DNA from: Lepidodermella squamata
Lineage: Eukaryota; Animalia; Gastrotricha
Assembly: GCA_047495785.1 (NCBI GenBank)
Contig: JBLDXI010000015.1
Location: 4,154,001 to 4,218,000 of the forward strand
DNA length: 64,000 nt
Direction: 5' to 3'
The translations under genes and the position numbers were made by a program. The notes under the pieces were generated by a model, which was not told where the DNA came from, ran no database searches, and saw only the letters and a list, made by a program, of their open reading frames with translations. Of the stretch, positions 22,511 to 34,888 are shown one piece after another. Within the stretch, counting starts at the first letter, position 1. Every line of letters begins with the position of its first letter.

Positions 22511-23650
22511 ATGATGTTGGCTTTTTATGCTGTTTTCTTAGCAGCTGCCGAGGCTGGTGATGTCAGCAGCCTGCGAAATATGCTAGCCGAGCGACGACGG
22601 GACACCTCCCAAGATAGCGCTGCTGTGGTAAACCTGAAATTCCACGCCGCCCATTTCATCGACATTGATCAGTTCGACGAAGCTCTGAGAATCGTCCCTG
22701 AAATGACATTAACCTGGAACGATGATCTTTGGCGATGGGATAATATATCCACCTTCTCCGATATCGAATCCCTTGCGGTCAATCCTGCAATGTCCTGGTA
22801 TCCGAATATCGTGCACCTAAACAATCCTGAGGACATTTATTCGCTAATCAAACAAGAAAATGCCATCCTTATGAATGAGAACGCTCGAACGATGACAATT
22901 GCTAAGGACGGATCAGTTGAGTGGCAGTTGGCCGGCGCCATTCTGGCTACAAAATGCGACTTGGACTATGCTAATTTCCCGTTCGATATTCAACCCTGCG
23001 AATTTTCGTTCACTTTCCTCGAGCATCCAAGCCGGGCAACCTTCGGTGAGGTCTCAGTGACAGTTGCGGACGATTTCGTCGCGAAAACTCGGTCTTGGAA
23101 ATTTCACCGCGTCGAATTTTTCGTTCAAAACGGGACGAAAGATGGCCGAATTACGAATAAGCAAGTCGTCACTGTTCGGCTGTACACTCGCCGAGTAGCC
23201 GGTGTCTACATTTACGGAATTCTATTTCCTGCCACTGTTCTAGCCCTAACTGAACTCGCCAGTTTCGCCATGCCGGCTGGATCGCCAGATCGGGCGGCTT
23301 TCGCAACTAGTGTAATGCTGACCTTCGTTATCATGAAAGATGGCATGGCCGCGCGAATTCCTCGAAATGCCATCATGAACAAGACTTGTCTAGCCCTGGT
23401 GATGCAGCTCGTAATGTCGACAATTATCGCAGTTTATTCGGCTGTGTCTTACCAAATGCACTTCAGATTGACGAGACGCTGCGACGGTCGGCGAAAATCG
23501 GAAGTTTTAACCGCGAAACGTCGCCTGGCTCTGGTTGATAATGTCATTTTTATGATTTGCTCCATTCACCTCGCTTGTATCATGCTGGTTTTGGTCCATC
23601 TCGGGATGACCAGTGATGAGGAAGAGCAGCCTCAAGTGCGCGAATATTAA
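22511..23650 (+). CDS. Divergent intronless Cys-loop LGIC subunit (LGIC-10)
   Basis: ATG at 22511 begins the signal peptide MMLAFYAVFLAAAEAG. WYPNI motif, Cys-loop CDLDYANFPFDIQPC, four TMs. Closer to LGIC-1/6 (shared H.NN.EDIY motif). Confidence 0.9.
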   Translation: MMLAFYAVFLAAAEAGDVSSLRNMLAERRRDTSQDSAAVVNLKFHAAHFIDIDQFDEALRIVPEMTLTWNDDLWRWDNISTFSDIESLAVNPAMSWYPNIVHLNNPEDIYSLIKQENAILMNENARTMTIAKDGSVEWQLAGAILATKCDLDYANFPFDIQPCEFSFTFLEHPSRATFGEVSVTVADDFVAKTRSWKFHRVEFFVQNGTKDGRITNKQVVTVRLYTRRVAGVYIYGILFPATVLALTELASFAMPAGSPDRAAFATSVMLTFVIMKDGMAARIPRNAIMNKTCLALVMQLVMSTIIAVYSAVSYQMHFRLTRRCDGRRKSEVLTAKRRLALVDNVIFMICSIHLACIMLVLVHLGMTSDEEEQPQVREY

Positions 23651-24686
23651 ATTCAAAGGATTTATAATACCTTTTATACGCCAAACGCCAAATAAGCGCG
23701 GTGAGAAACAAAACAATGCGTCTATATAGTAAATGTGTGGGTGTGTGTAAAACCTGGCTTAGGATGGTGTCGCTTTTTCGTTGTAATAAAATGAACGCGT
23801 TTTTTTCAAGTCCTGCTAATAATGTCAATTTATTCTCGAAATTACCCACGAGGTACGCGGTCTCGACTCAATTCTAATCAGCAAATTTATTCTATCAGGT
23901 GAGCAGATTTCGCTGGAGGACTACTGTAGAGGAGGGTAATTAAGAACACCTCAACCTTTGAGGCTCCTTTCGAATATTAATAAACATATTCTGCGCGGTC
24001 AATTCCTGAAAATTGGCCGTTCTTTCTGGCTTTCCAATGACATCAAATTTGATATTTAATGGATTTGTATCGATTTTTGGTGAATTTTCTAGCAAAGGTC
24101 CGTTTGGGACCCCATATCTTGATTCGGGGTCGGTGAAGTCGGTCTGAACCTTTCACCCTTTGGATAATTCTAATAGTTCACATGAAAAAATATTGCTTTT
24201 CCAAAATTAGGCCCAAATGGTCGATAAAAACTAAAAACTCACAATGCTATTCCGTATGCAAATGCGTGTCCAAATTTGCCCGCTAATTATTCAAATTTAT
24301 GCAAAAATTATAAAATCGATAGAAAATCACACACACACAAATAAAAATAAAATCACCGGAAATTCACCAAATATCAGAAATTCCTTAGTAATATTCATAT
24401 CGATTTTTAGATGCCTTGGGCGGAAATAAAGTCTCTAGAAATAGAAAATATGACTTGGTCCAAAGTTACCGTTCTCTACGGTAATGAACCCCGCAATTTC
24501 CAGCGTCCTCATTAAAAGTGGAGAATTTCACGAATTTTACTTTCGTTGATTGAATTGGTTAAATTAGCTATGTTTGATTTTTTTTACTATCATAGTAGTG
24601 AATTTCGGGAGATATCGGGTTTTGTTTAGCTCATCGGCCGATTCAAACTTGGGAAACTGATCCCTTTTTCCACCTTTTACATATAG

Positions 24687-25134
24687 CCCAGCTCACGATG
24701 ACTTCGAACTCAGGCGTCCTTCAAACCTGTCAACCAGCTTTACCCAATCAGCATTTAAACCTCGCGATAATAGCAACGAAGAAGACGAAAACGGCAATAT
24801 TTTAGCCGATTACGACAACAGTCTGTTCATTGTTGCCGTGGTTTGTTCGGTAGTCAACCCGTTTTTCGGCATACCAGCTGCGCTGTTGGTTAAACGGTCC
24901 GAACGAGCGTATTACAACCATCATTGGACGGCTTATGAACGGTACAGACTTGGAGCTCATATTCTTACCTGCTTCGGCTTTTTTATTTCTTCGCTACTGG
25001 TCGCAATGCTGGGCATTAAATTATACCATGTAAGGGCTGGTGCTCAATGCCCTAGTGCTTGCTCTTTTTTGACTAATGAAATTTTTAATTTAAAAACTTG
25101 GTTAGCTGAAAATGCCCAATTTGTGCCGAATTAA
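24687..25134 (+). CDS. CD225/dispanin family protein (terminal exon; 5' exons uncertain)
   Basis: Open frame from the TAG acceptor at 24686. ADYDNSLFIVAVVCSVVNPFFGIPAALLVKRSERAY...AHILTCFGFFISS matches the canonical CD225 layout. Confidence 0.72.
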
Positions 25135-25444
25135 AATAAATAAAATAAATTTTTTATACCGATCAATTTTTCGCGTGAACTCGGCTATATGAGTAACGTT
25201 GAGCCCCTATTAAGTGCGGCGCGTGAAATTTCAAGCACGAAAAATGATGATTCATCCTTGGCATACACGTTTTTCACGCCAAAGTGTTTATGATAATACT
25301 ACAAAACGAATAAAAAGTATACGCATGTAATAACAACGTTAAAGGCACATCTTATTACGTTCACTATACGACACTGCGTAACACCAGTACCTACTCCTAT
25401 ATTTTTTACTCAAATTTTCCAACTATAAATTTCCACGCCAGAAT

Positions 25445-26115
25445 ATGAGCAGTAGGAGAGACACGTCGCAAACTTCGGCGAGCAATCGGCATTTTGTGAA
25501 TAAGGACGGCGGTGAATTCCATTATTATGACACCCAGAAATTGGCTTCAAATCGCCAACAAATTCAACCGTAAGATTCGCCAAAATCTCTTATAAAATTT
25601 TTAATTATTCATTTTTCCTTAGTAGCGGAAATTTTGAATATAATACTCATCGTCGGCGAAACAGCACAGGCATTTATACGGTTAGGGAAGTCAGCAGTGA
25701 ACAAGAATTTGCTGCTTCAACTAGCAAGAATGATGACGTGGCCGACTTCGATAACAGCTTAATTTATATCTGCGTATTTTGCGTCATAGTCAACCCGATT
25801 TTCGGCATACCAGCCCTGTTCCTCGGACTCCGATCTAGGGAAGCCTACAACGAGCGGCGGTGGAAAGATTATGAGCGGCTAAATTTAGCAGTTAATTTCC
25901 TAACGTGCATCGGGTTTTTCGTTTCTTCAGCGTTGGTTGCTATGGGCGCGATTCGATTGTATCACCACCTTAATCTACCAGCCTGTGAGGACAAATGTTC
26001 GTTCCTAACAAATCCAAAGCGGGAGAAAACTTGGGTAAATTTCGATCAGCCTAAAGATCCGAATGATTTAGCTAACGCTGTCGACAACGCGCCGCCGGAG
26101 GATGAAATTTATTGA
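25445..26115 (+). CDS. CD225/dispanin family protein (2 exons)
   Basis: Exon 1 (25445-25569, GTAAG donor) joins in frame to exon 2 from 25623. ADFDNSLIYICVFCVIVNPIFGIPALFLGLRSREAY. Tandem paralogue of the preceding gene. Confidence 0.78.
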
Positions 26116-28554
26116 GCTTTCTATGTGAATAAAATTTTAACCGTGTTTATTTGTTCAGCTTTTGTCTTTTAATGTTTACAAAATGAAAATCGATAAATCA
26201 TAGCTTCGTGACGCATATAAACGCTGATGGTTATACAAATTATAAGCCGATTATTCAACTCTAGGGATTTTAGCGTGTTGTAATTTCCGCAAAAATTAGC
26301 CTGCAGATATACATTTCAATCAGAATTGATCGCATCTTCTGCCTTATAAAACTGTGAATTTCATATTGCGAATTATAGCCAACGGACTAATTTTGAACAG
26401 AAGCGATCAACCAATTTATTTCCGTGCCGAAATCAATTGGTGTGGCCCTGATGGCGGGCTCGGTTGAGTGATTTTTCACAACTTGAGCGGCGCCTATAGC
26501 GGATTAGCGCATTTCCTGTTTTTTGTCTTCAGCGACGTTTTCGGAAAGTCGTAATAAAAAAAATTAACCCACGTCGGCGTAGAGGCCTAGAAAAATCTTC
26601 TGTGCTAAGGCCATTACTATTTTAGTCACAACTATTTTCGTTATATTGCGGCCCACACACGCGCTATAAAATATGCAAAGTAATAATAAGGCTGCCGTTT
26701 GCTGAATTAATGCTGCTGCACTGATGTAACGTCAAGTTACCCGGAGCAGCTCTCAAGAGGTGCAAGAGTCCCATTTTTATCCTGAACAGCAAAATCGTGG
26801 AGCCTGGAGATAGCTTGTTATCATTTCCATTTATGGCAGAGTTTTAGTACCCCGCTTTTTTGCGCATCTGTTTGCAATTAATTTTTTATATGCCTCGGCT
26901 CATGATCGATGGCGCGGAAAAGCTTGACACACCTTAATAAAACACGTGGGGAGATGATTATTATTTTTTACTGTTCAACGAATTCGCATAAAAGTATTTT
27001 ATCGACTTGCGGTCCTAGTTGCCGCCCATCAGTGCTGCGCGATGAAAAATGCACCGAAATATACATATATTGCATGTTCATTCATCGGTAATAAGCCCAT
27101 TTTGAGCCTCGCTGAATTGATCTTTTGCCTGGCGTATTTTACGACTTACCTGACTGATTATACACTCTACCTAAAGCGCAAGGTGGAGTGAGATAAAGCC
27201 CAGATATACCCAGCATCAGGTACATATGCAAGTTTTGGTGGCGTTTTTTACACCATATTATCGCGCAGATGCAATAGTAATAATAATAATAATAAGGAGG
27301 ATAACTTTCAAAGGCCGCCAAACACGTGTTGTGCGCACATTTTCATTATATTACATCGCCAGCAGCTTTTTCATATATTTGGGCTCTGCGTAAGACACCA
27401 TTCGTAGCTACATGGGCATGTACAGTCGGCATTTCATCCAGAGGTGTTTTTTATTATATTAATAGGATACATTATTCTACATAATCTGGGCTGCCATACG
27501 GCTTGTACTTGAGTACTCAGCTATCCTCGCACTTCATAGACATTTTTATGCATATTTCCATCAGATTCAATTATCTTCTCCACCGCATATCTGCCACCTA
27601 TATTTCAATTATAGCTGAATGTTAACCAGTTTCGTCGTATTTCTATACTGTCCATAGTTAGATTTCAGGGCTCATCAAACATGTATAACTACAACGAATT
27701 TTTCTTAGCGTACTACGGCGTTGATGGCTACAATGATTACTTTTGCATGAGTAGCGCCGTGCCAAAATATTTCGCATTGTTTGAGGCATTGTTATATTAT
27801 TCCTGTCGCTATACACTGTGTCTCTCTCGCGTGTAAAAAAGGTATTTATCTTTTATTTATTTTCTTCATTATTATAATCAACTTGTCAAGTCGTATTCAA
27901 ATAAACAGCGCACAAATTTTATCGAACCGCTAAAAGCTTTATATGTCACCTGTTTTATGAACAAAACATCTTGCTGGCATTTCGACGAAATGCTATAGCG
28001 ACTTTGCTTAAAGTTAGCATTTGAAGCTAATAGTTAGTCCTTGTTTTTATATCGATTTTATTTAATTTATTTAATGCTTTTACAGCTGTTAAAACTAGCA
28101 TATGAAGTCGTAGCAATTATGAATTCTCGGGAAATGATTTATTTTATCGCCGTGGCCCCGCATTGATATATATCGGAAGTGTATATACTTTCAATGCCAT
28201 TTGTATTCTCCTGGTAGTTGCGCATTTGTCAACCCAGCTGCCTGGCCCGGCGATATTCCCGAGCGGCGGCGCGCGGCCAGAGACACGTCGGAAAAATAAA
28301 TCGCACTATCCTAATTATAATTATTATTATTTTTCATATGAATGGCGCCGCAATATTTATTTAGTATCCATCATAAAAAAAAATTATAGATGCGTGCCAT
28401 ATCGCGATATTATAATAGAATCGAATTCGAGTCATTTTGTTTGCAGAGTTTTGCAAATAAAAAAAATCCACATTAATTTGTTTGAAAAATCGATTTCACT
28501 CTACATTTTTTATATAGGTGTGTTTATATTACAACAAAATTTCAAATTTTCGTC

Positions 28555-29178
28555 ATGGAATACCAGCAAAGTAATACATCCTACTTGCCTATTACGAGTG
28601 ACCCGCCTCCCTCGGAACGTTCTCACGTAAATTTAGGCCTTGCCGAGTCACATTCCGATGATTACGACGTGAAAAAGGCACCTATCGTTGTCAGCGAGCC
28701 AACCTCGAGTAAAAAACTCGCGAGCCAGTCGACTGAGCATTTAACAAAGGCCGTTGAGTACGGAGATGAGGACGACGATGGCGATGACGATGACTGCGAC
28801 GAATGCGACGCGGCTGAGGCTGCTCAGCGGAAACACTCAACAACATCAACTTCTTCGTCATCTTGTCGCAGTAATGATAGTCAAAAAGATAAACGGCGCC
28901 GTGAATTAGAGCCGACATTCAACTCGCCGCAATCGACGCGCCAGTTGCGGAGAACGGCTCTCATCGTCACTTTGGCATCACTAGTCGTTGGAACCGGCTG
29001 TTTCCCGCTCGGGCTGGCAGCGTTGACGCTGGTTTGCCGGCCGAAAGCGACGCGGGCCGACTTCAAAAACGCGTTAATTATCGCAACAATGGCGAGTATC
29101 GTCGGATTGGCAATCAACGCCCTTGCGATAACGTATATCGTGTTGAAATTAGAGCGCCAAGCTCTACAAGGCGCCTGA
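28555..29178 (+). CDS. CD225/dispanin-like membrane protein
   Basis: Acidic, Ser-rich N-terminus, then LIVTLASLVVGTGCFPLGLAAL (C.PLG..A motif), a short basic loop and a second TM. Confidence 0.68.
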   Translation: MEYQQSNTSYLPITSDPPPSERSHVNLGLAESHSDDYDVKKAPIVVSEPTSSKKLASQSTEHLTKAVEYGDEDDDGDDDDCDECDAAEAAQRKHSTTSTSSSSCRSNDSQKDKRRRELEPTFNSPQSTRQLRRTALIVTLASLVVGTGCFPLGLAALTLVCRPKATRADFKNALIIATMASIVGLAINALAITYIVLKLERQALQGA

Positions 29179-30752
29179 TATAATATGGAAAACCAACAAA
29201 AGTATTCCAGATTTTTCGTGGCCGGAACAATTCCAAAAAGAGCGAAACTTTGATGAATTTTACTGGTGGCTTTAATTGTTTATCGTTTTTTATACATCTT
29301 GAATTTACGAGACCGCAAAGTTGTGCCTCATTTTTTACACATTTTTTGAAGATCTGGACTGAATGATGACGGCTGAATATCTTCATCCAATGTTGCAAAA
29401 TTCGCTATATATATTTTTCATAACGACGCGGTGAAAATTTTTCGATAAAATGAAATAAAAATCGAAAAATTAGTCTTCCTCGTGTTTTTTTATCGGTTTA
29501 TTATTCTTATTTGTTTGCACGCACCCATCAGGCTTAGACGATGATGGACGGCGGTGTGTCTGGTCGTGTTTGCGCAGCCGAGTCCGCACATTTCGATCAG
29601 CCATTGTTATAATAAATTGTTAACGCGTTATAGCCGATCAATCGAATCTTTCGCATTCAGCTGAGACGCGAATAAGTTCATCGATGTGTGCACGTGTTAG
29701 TTCACGTTATTGCATTAGTATCGACTGCGTTAGCGAGGCGCAAGACGACGAAAAAAATGACAAAAAATCCATACAAAATGAATTAGATATGCCGTGTTTT
29801 TTTACAGCTCTAACATGTGTTTTTTTCAAGACTGGCTTCGAATTTTTACATATCTCCCTACTCCCTAAAAATCCGGTATTTTATCATCCCTTTCGTTCAA
29901 TTTTTCGATAATAGCAATCGATTTAAAACCAACCTTCGCATTATTTATCAAGTGAATGGATTTCTTTTTCTTTTCTTGCAATTCGTCATAAGCTTAAACG
30001 CAAATTTTACTACGCGTCTTCGAAAAAAACTTGAATTATCGCGCAAGTAGGAAAGGCGTACAGGTCAGCGCGGCAGATTGAAATGCGCTCCCCGCCACTG
30101 CGAAGTAAATGCGAAATTACTAATATATAGTATAAGCACGCTTGTAATATATTTAAAAAAAGCGTGGATGACGGGATATATCGTAAAAATATAGATTTTT
30201 GCGCCCCGTCTCAGCATGTCGCTTCGCTTCTGCACATAGCTAAGTCTGTGATGCCAAACTGCTACGTTATATAAATACGATATATCGAAAATTTTTAACT
30301 GCTTTGACAAACAACGCGATAATTGCCTTTCAATGAATACAGCTTCTCTGTATATGGCTTCATTGAATATTCGAAAATATGCCTCTATACTCCCCCATCT
30401 CACCGCATGAAATCGAAGTGCAAATATTCAGTGATTTTTCACATAATTTTGCGTTATTATTCTAGCGAGTTCCCCAAGTTTTATCTTCAAATTTCGATGA
30501 GAATATTAAAACCCTTTTTTAAAGTTCATTTTATGGATAATTCGGCCGAAAAATCTGGGCTCGCATCGTCACAATCAATGGGGATGATTCATCAATTGGG
30601 TCATTGTTAATTATAGCCCTTTGTGAATCACCTCTTCTCATTGTCCGGAGACATTTCGATTCTTTTTATCATTAAAAAGTTCCACCTTAATTTTTTATAT
30701 CGCTAATATTTTATAGAGTGTGTTTTTTGTGATTTTTGTCCTTGTTTCACTT

Positions 30753-31628
30753 ATGGCGGAGAGCAGTAAAGACGAAGACGGTGATTTGCTGAGAAAATCA
30801 CTGCTGCAGGCGTCGGCTGCAGACGCAGAAGACCCGGTTGCCAAATTGCAATGGACGGCGCCGAAACCAGCACCTACTTCAATATTACGCAACTCAACAA
30901 GCCGCATGATGGACTCGCCGAAGATGCTCGAATCTGTTGAACTAGCTGATTTTTTGAAAGAAAATCAAATATCAGACAGTCACGTTCAATTCGCCGCAAC
31001 TGCCAGTGTTGTTACCGAACAGGCACCTAATAGCACAACGACGAAAAAAGTTCCAATTTTTCAAACCGGTGACGACGAAGCTGTTCATTTTGCGGATGAC
31101 AATCAAGAGGCTGTTTTGTTTCATCTAGCTGAGAATGCATGTGCGAAAGATGACACAGATGACGACAGCAGTATAGGAGATCGGAAGAGATTCGATAGCC
31201 AGTCATCGGCTACTCATCACCAACGCCACCCGTCCGACGGTCGGCCCAGTATTATCGTGACAGACGACCTGTCCGAGGGTCAAGTTGTCACCGTTATTCA
31301 TCAGCCTGCCTCTGAAATGGGCAGCATCTGCAACATCGCCCTGCCGCCGCCGATCGATCCTGCCTTGGAGCCTGTGTGGCGGCGATTGGCGCGGGAGTGC
31401 GCGATTTTTGGGATTTTTTGCGGAATTTTCTTGACCTGGATCCCGGCTATGGTGCTGGCGTTTAAAAAGCCGAGCCCTGATTCTAACCTCGAACGTCGCA
31501 TTCAAGCGTACAAGTACTCGTTTTTGCTATCAACGGCTGGTGTTATCACTTTTGTTTTTTTCATCACCATCCTCGGCATGCGGAACCAATCTGAAGAACC
31601 AACTCTTACAACACCTCAAATTGAATGA
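30753..31628 (+). CDS. CD225/dispanin-like membrane protein
   Basis: ATG at 30753, long disordered N-terminus, WRRLARECAIFGIFCGIFLTWIPAMVLAF...YKYSFLLS. Paralogous to 32449 and 40086. Confidence 0.68.
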   Translation: MAESSKDEDGDLLRKSLLQASAADAEDPVAKLQWTAPKPAPTSILRNSTSRMMDSPKMLESVELADFLKENQISDSHVQFAATASVVTEQAPNSTTTKKVPIFQTGDDEAVHFADDNQEAVLFHLAENACAKDDTDDDSSIGDRKRFDSQSSATHHQRHPSDGRPSIIVTDDLSEGQVVTVIHQPASEMGSICNIALPPPIDPALEPVWRRLARECAIFGIFCGIFLTWIPAMVLAFKKPSPDSNLERRIQAYKYSFLLSTAGVITFVFFITILGMRNQSEEPTLTTPQIE

Positions 31629-32448
31629 CTTTTAGCATATAAAAAATTAATTGATATTACGACATGATAGAGATGTTGATATTATTATTTCTTCAAAACA
31701 ATTCCCGGAAATAATTGAATGTATTAAAAATAATGTCTAGTCAGCTGTGAGTATTTTTGTTGATACGACCCAAGAAGCTCAGAGGTTTCGGAATTTGTCC
31801 AATTTTGCGGCGGAAAAGTATAATAAAAAAGAGTTCGGATCCTGCTTCTTTCATTTCTCTCTCAATATCATTTTTTGAGTGAGATTTTACTCGGCACTCC
31901 ATTGACAGGATGAAAGCACAAGTCTATCGTGTTTTTACATGATTATATGAGAGAAGAAAAGGGGGCAAACATTACGCACATGCGTCCATTCTTTTCTACT
32001 GCGTATATAAGACCGGCAAAAAAACCTTTGTGTATTACCTATATAGTATATATTTAAGGCAGCGGCCAACGTTTTCGTCCATAGTAAGGTTGTTTTCATC
32101 GTCCTAGATGATGCTTATCGCTAGTTAGCTTGGCCCTTTTGTATCGCGTAGTAAAGCGGTATTTTCACCTATACCGCAGTACTATAGCTATTATTACCAT
32201 TTAAGGCGTTTCTTAATACATATGCATCAGCAAGCCAGTCAGATTTACAGCAGATCAAGGATTCCTCGCCCTAAATTCCGGCAATTTCCCCCGGGGAACG
32301 TGGGTCAATTTGCTACTCGGCCTACTTATCGATTTTTCTCATGTCTATTTTATACCCGCCAGCACTTAATTTATTCGTATTTATTCGTTCAATTTGTACG
32401 ATAAACATGACCATTTTACTCTAGCTATTTTTGTTTTTTACTTGAATA

Positions 32449-32913
32449 ATGGCTGAAAGTTCTGCAGATACAAACGTATTATCGCCACCGGCATTTGTCC
32501 TCGACAACGCTGAAGATGTAGCGGACCTCGAGGACAACATCGACTTCAAATTGGACATGGAGCGCATGCGTGAATACGAAGTTGCGGAACCAATCTGGCA
32601 GCGAATGGTTAAAGAAAGCGCCATTTTTGCGATGATCTGCGGCTGTTGGTGCTGTTCCATCCCCGCGCTTGTGTTCGCCCTGGTCAAGGCGCCAGAAGGC
32701 ACCATGGTCAAAGACCGAGTTAAGCGGTATCGCCGGTCTTGCTTCCTCAGTGCTGTGGCTGTTATCAGTTTGATCCTAGGAATAGCCTTAATAGGCGCTA
32801 TACAGCGGAATTATTCGATTATATCCTTTACCTCAGGTCAAAATGCAAATTCGACTACTGCAAGCCCTGCCTCAGAAATGACCCCAGCGGTCCATGACAT
32901 TAAACCAAGTTAA
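32449..32913 (+). CDS. CD225/dispanin-like membrane protein
   Basis: ESAIFAMICGCWCCSIPALVFAL (Cys-rich CD225-like segment) followed by a second TM. Confidence 0.72.
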   Translation: MAESSADTNVLSPPAFVLDNAEDVADLEDNIDFKLDMERMREYEVAEPIWQRMVKESAIFAMICGCWCCSIPALVFALVKAPEGTMVKDRVKRYRRSCFLSAVAVISLILGIALIGAIQRNYSIISFTSGQNANSTTASPASEMTPAVHDIKPS

Positions 32914-33033
32914 TATTGTTATCGAAGAATAGATCAATTTAGAACAATTTATATAAAATAAAATGATTTTTAAATGATCGGCCTTAAATTTCCATATCGA
33001 GTATTTTTATCTTAATTTTCTAAAGGCTGAGCC

Positions 33034-34023
33034 ATGAAAATTGTCTCGTTAACAACCATCCACGCTATTTTAATACTGACTCGTTTCATTTTGTCCGATT
33101 TAAGACATGAAACTGGCGAAAATACATTCGGAATTGAAAGCAGGGCCTTGATTGCAAATATCAGCGGTCGCTCGAAACTTCTATCCAAGCGTGGCATATT
33201 GAAAAGCTTGAAGAAAATATTATTCAAGAAAAAACCCAAGGAATTTATGAAAGAAGAAAACATTGATGATAAAATCGCTGTTTTTCGCCTTATGAAAGAT
33301 CCAGACACGGTTATGCGTACACTTGCCGATGTACCAATCGCACACCATCCTATTATTTTGGGCTCGTTAAGCAAAGAAATCGCAGATCAATTACCGCTAT
33401 CATTATACGCTAAGGATTACAGAGAAGCGATGGCTAAAGGTATCCCGTTGCCAAAACCGAAGGAAAAACATTACAAGAAGTTTACAGATTACGGCCACAC
33501 GCCTAAACCACCGCCTGAACCGGTAACTGAGCCACCTCCAGTTTCGTGTTGTACCAAGGCGATGAGTATCGGAATGACAATGCTAATCGTAATTATTCCC
33601 CTTGTTGTTTCTGCGATAGGAGTGTATCTTTTTTACGAAGCCTTCACGTACCTCGCCCGCAAAAATGAGAAAGAAAATGCAACAGCAGTAAGTCGACCGT
33701 ACAGCTTGGCTGCCGATAGGCACCATCGAAGCACATTGTTACAACAGGGCAGCCGAACTGTCGAAGGAAGATATTGGTCAGTCGATAAACAAGAAGAATT
33801 GCTAGAAGAAGTCTCGTGGAATAGCCTTGACGACTTGGATCCAGATGAAGACACTGTTGATCTCTTAGGGCGGTTACTCTCCGACGACGAGGATGAGTTT
33901 TCCAACATTGGACCATCCTCCGTATTCCCCATTCCTGAGTTGGTTGAAAACGACAAATTTATTCTCTGCGACCAGTTTGTCAACTATCAGGATTACATGC
34001 CAGATTATTCTTTGCTGCGATGA
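33034..34023 (+). CDS. Uncharacterised type I membrane protein, family X member 1
   Basis: Intronless 329 aa: signal peptide, basic ectodomain, Pro-rich stalk, one TM followed by RK, acidic tail ending QDYMPDY. Three paralogues nearby. Confidence 0.8.
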   Translation: MKIVSLTTIHAILILTRFILSDLRHETGENTFGIESRALIANISGRSKLLSKRGILKSLKKILFKKKPKEFMKEENIDDKIAVFRLMKDPDTVMRTLADVPIAHHPIILGSLSKEIADQLPLSLYAKDYREAMAKGIPLPKPKEKHYKKFTDYGHTPKPPPEPVTEPPPVSCCTKAMSIGMTMLIVIIPLVVSAIGVYLFYEAFTYLARKNEKENATAVSRPYSLAADRHHRSTLLQQGSRTVEGRYWSVDKQEELLEEVSWNSLDDLDPDEDTVDLLGRLLSDDEDEFSNIGPSSVFPIPELVENDKFILCDQFVNYQDYMPDYSLLR

Positions 34024-34249
34024 TCCTGTAACCCAGGTAGGGCTCCGCACCCTCAGAATATCTCATGCACGCTCGGACCTGATAAATTCCTTCAACCGTA
34101 ATAAATTCAATGCTTTTTGACGCTTTCCGATGACATATTGCACTTTTCCTAATGCGCATGGCGCATGGCATAGAGAACGGAGTGATCTATGGCGCATGGT
34201 ATTCGGTTAAAATTGGTATGCTTAATAAATTTGCAAGGAACAGCCGATA

Positions 34250-34550
34250 ATTATCACCACAGGCATTTGTCCTCGACAACGGCGAAGATGTAGCGGACCT
34301 CGAAGACAACATCGACTTGAAATGGAGCGCATGAGAGAATACGAAGTTGCCGAGCCGATCTGGCAGCGAATGGCGAAAGAAAGCGCCATTTTTGCGATGA
34401 TCTGCGGCTGTTGGTGCTGTTCCATCCCCGCGCTTGTCTTCGCCCTGGTCAAGGCGCCAGAAGGCACCATGGTCAAAGATCGAGTTAAGCGATATCGCCG
34501 GTCTTGTTTCCTTAGTGCTGTGGCTGTTGTCGGTTTGATCTTAGGAATCC
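34250..34550 (+). pseudogene. Truncated duplicate of the 32449 dispanin-like gene
   Basis: Near-identical to about 32478-32785 but lacks the MAESS start region, has a small deletion near 34318 and diverges into unrelated repeat-like sequence after ILGI. Confidence 0.75.
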
Positions 34551-34888
34551 CCGAGCTTTCAATTTTCAAGTGTTTGGTAGTGAAATACCAGTGGGCACTA
34601 GATTTTCAAGTGCTCAGTAGGTAGTGCCCCGCACAGAGCATCAATTTTACAAGTGCTCAATACTACTGAGCAGCAATTCCACTAGTGTTCTATGGAGGAA
34701 TTATATCGTATGAATTTCAATAATGAATTCGAGAAACCTGATGGCTGAATTTGATGTTTTCCCATAAGCTCGAAGAGGGCAAAAATTACTAAAATTCCTC
34801 CCTAATGAAATAAATGCGAATTGAATTTTTACAGAATTTCTTCTGCATCAGTTTCCTCTCTGGTTAATCTGATGTCTATGACCGAGCC

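Noticed and set aside
1547-23650. Calling the channels nicotinic acetylcholine receptor subunits or horizontally acquired bacterial pLGICs
   Set aside because: They lack the ACh-binding CC and Trp, yet have the eukaryotic Cys-loop disulfide and spliceosomal introns.
27120-27800. Minus-strand fragments (YAVEKII chromodomain-like, CTCP SWIM-like, poly-Tyr ORF with a GTAAG donor)
   Set aside because: Motifs are too short and interrupted by stops; possibly decayed transposon sequence but unsupported.
28163-28630. 155-aa ORF overlapping the 28555 gene
   Set aside because: AT-rich, I/Y/F/K-biased translation typical of non-coding DNA, with a non-ATG start.
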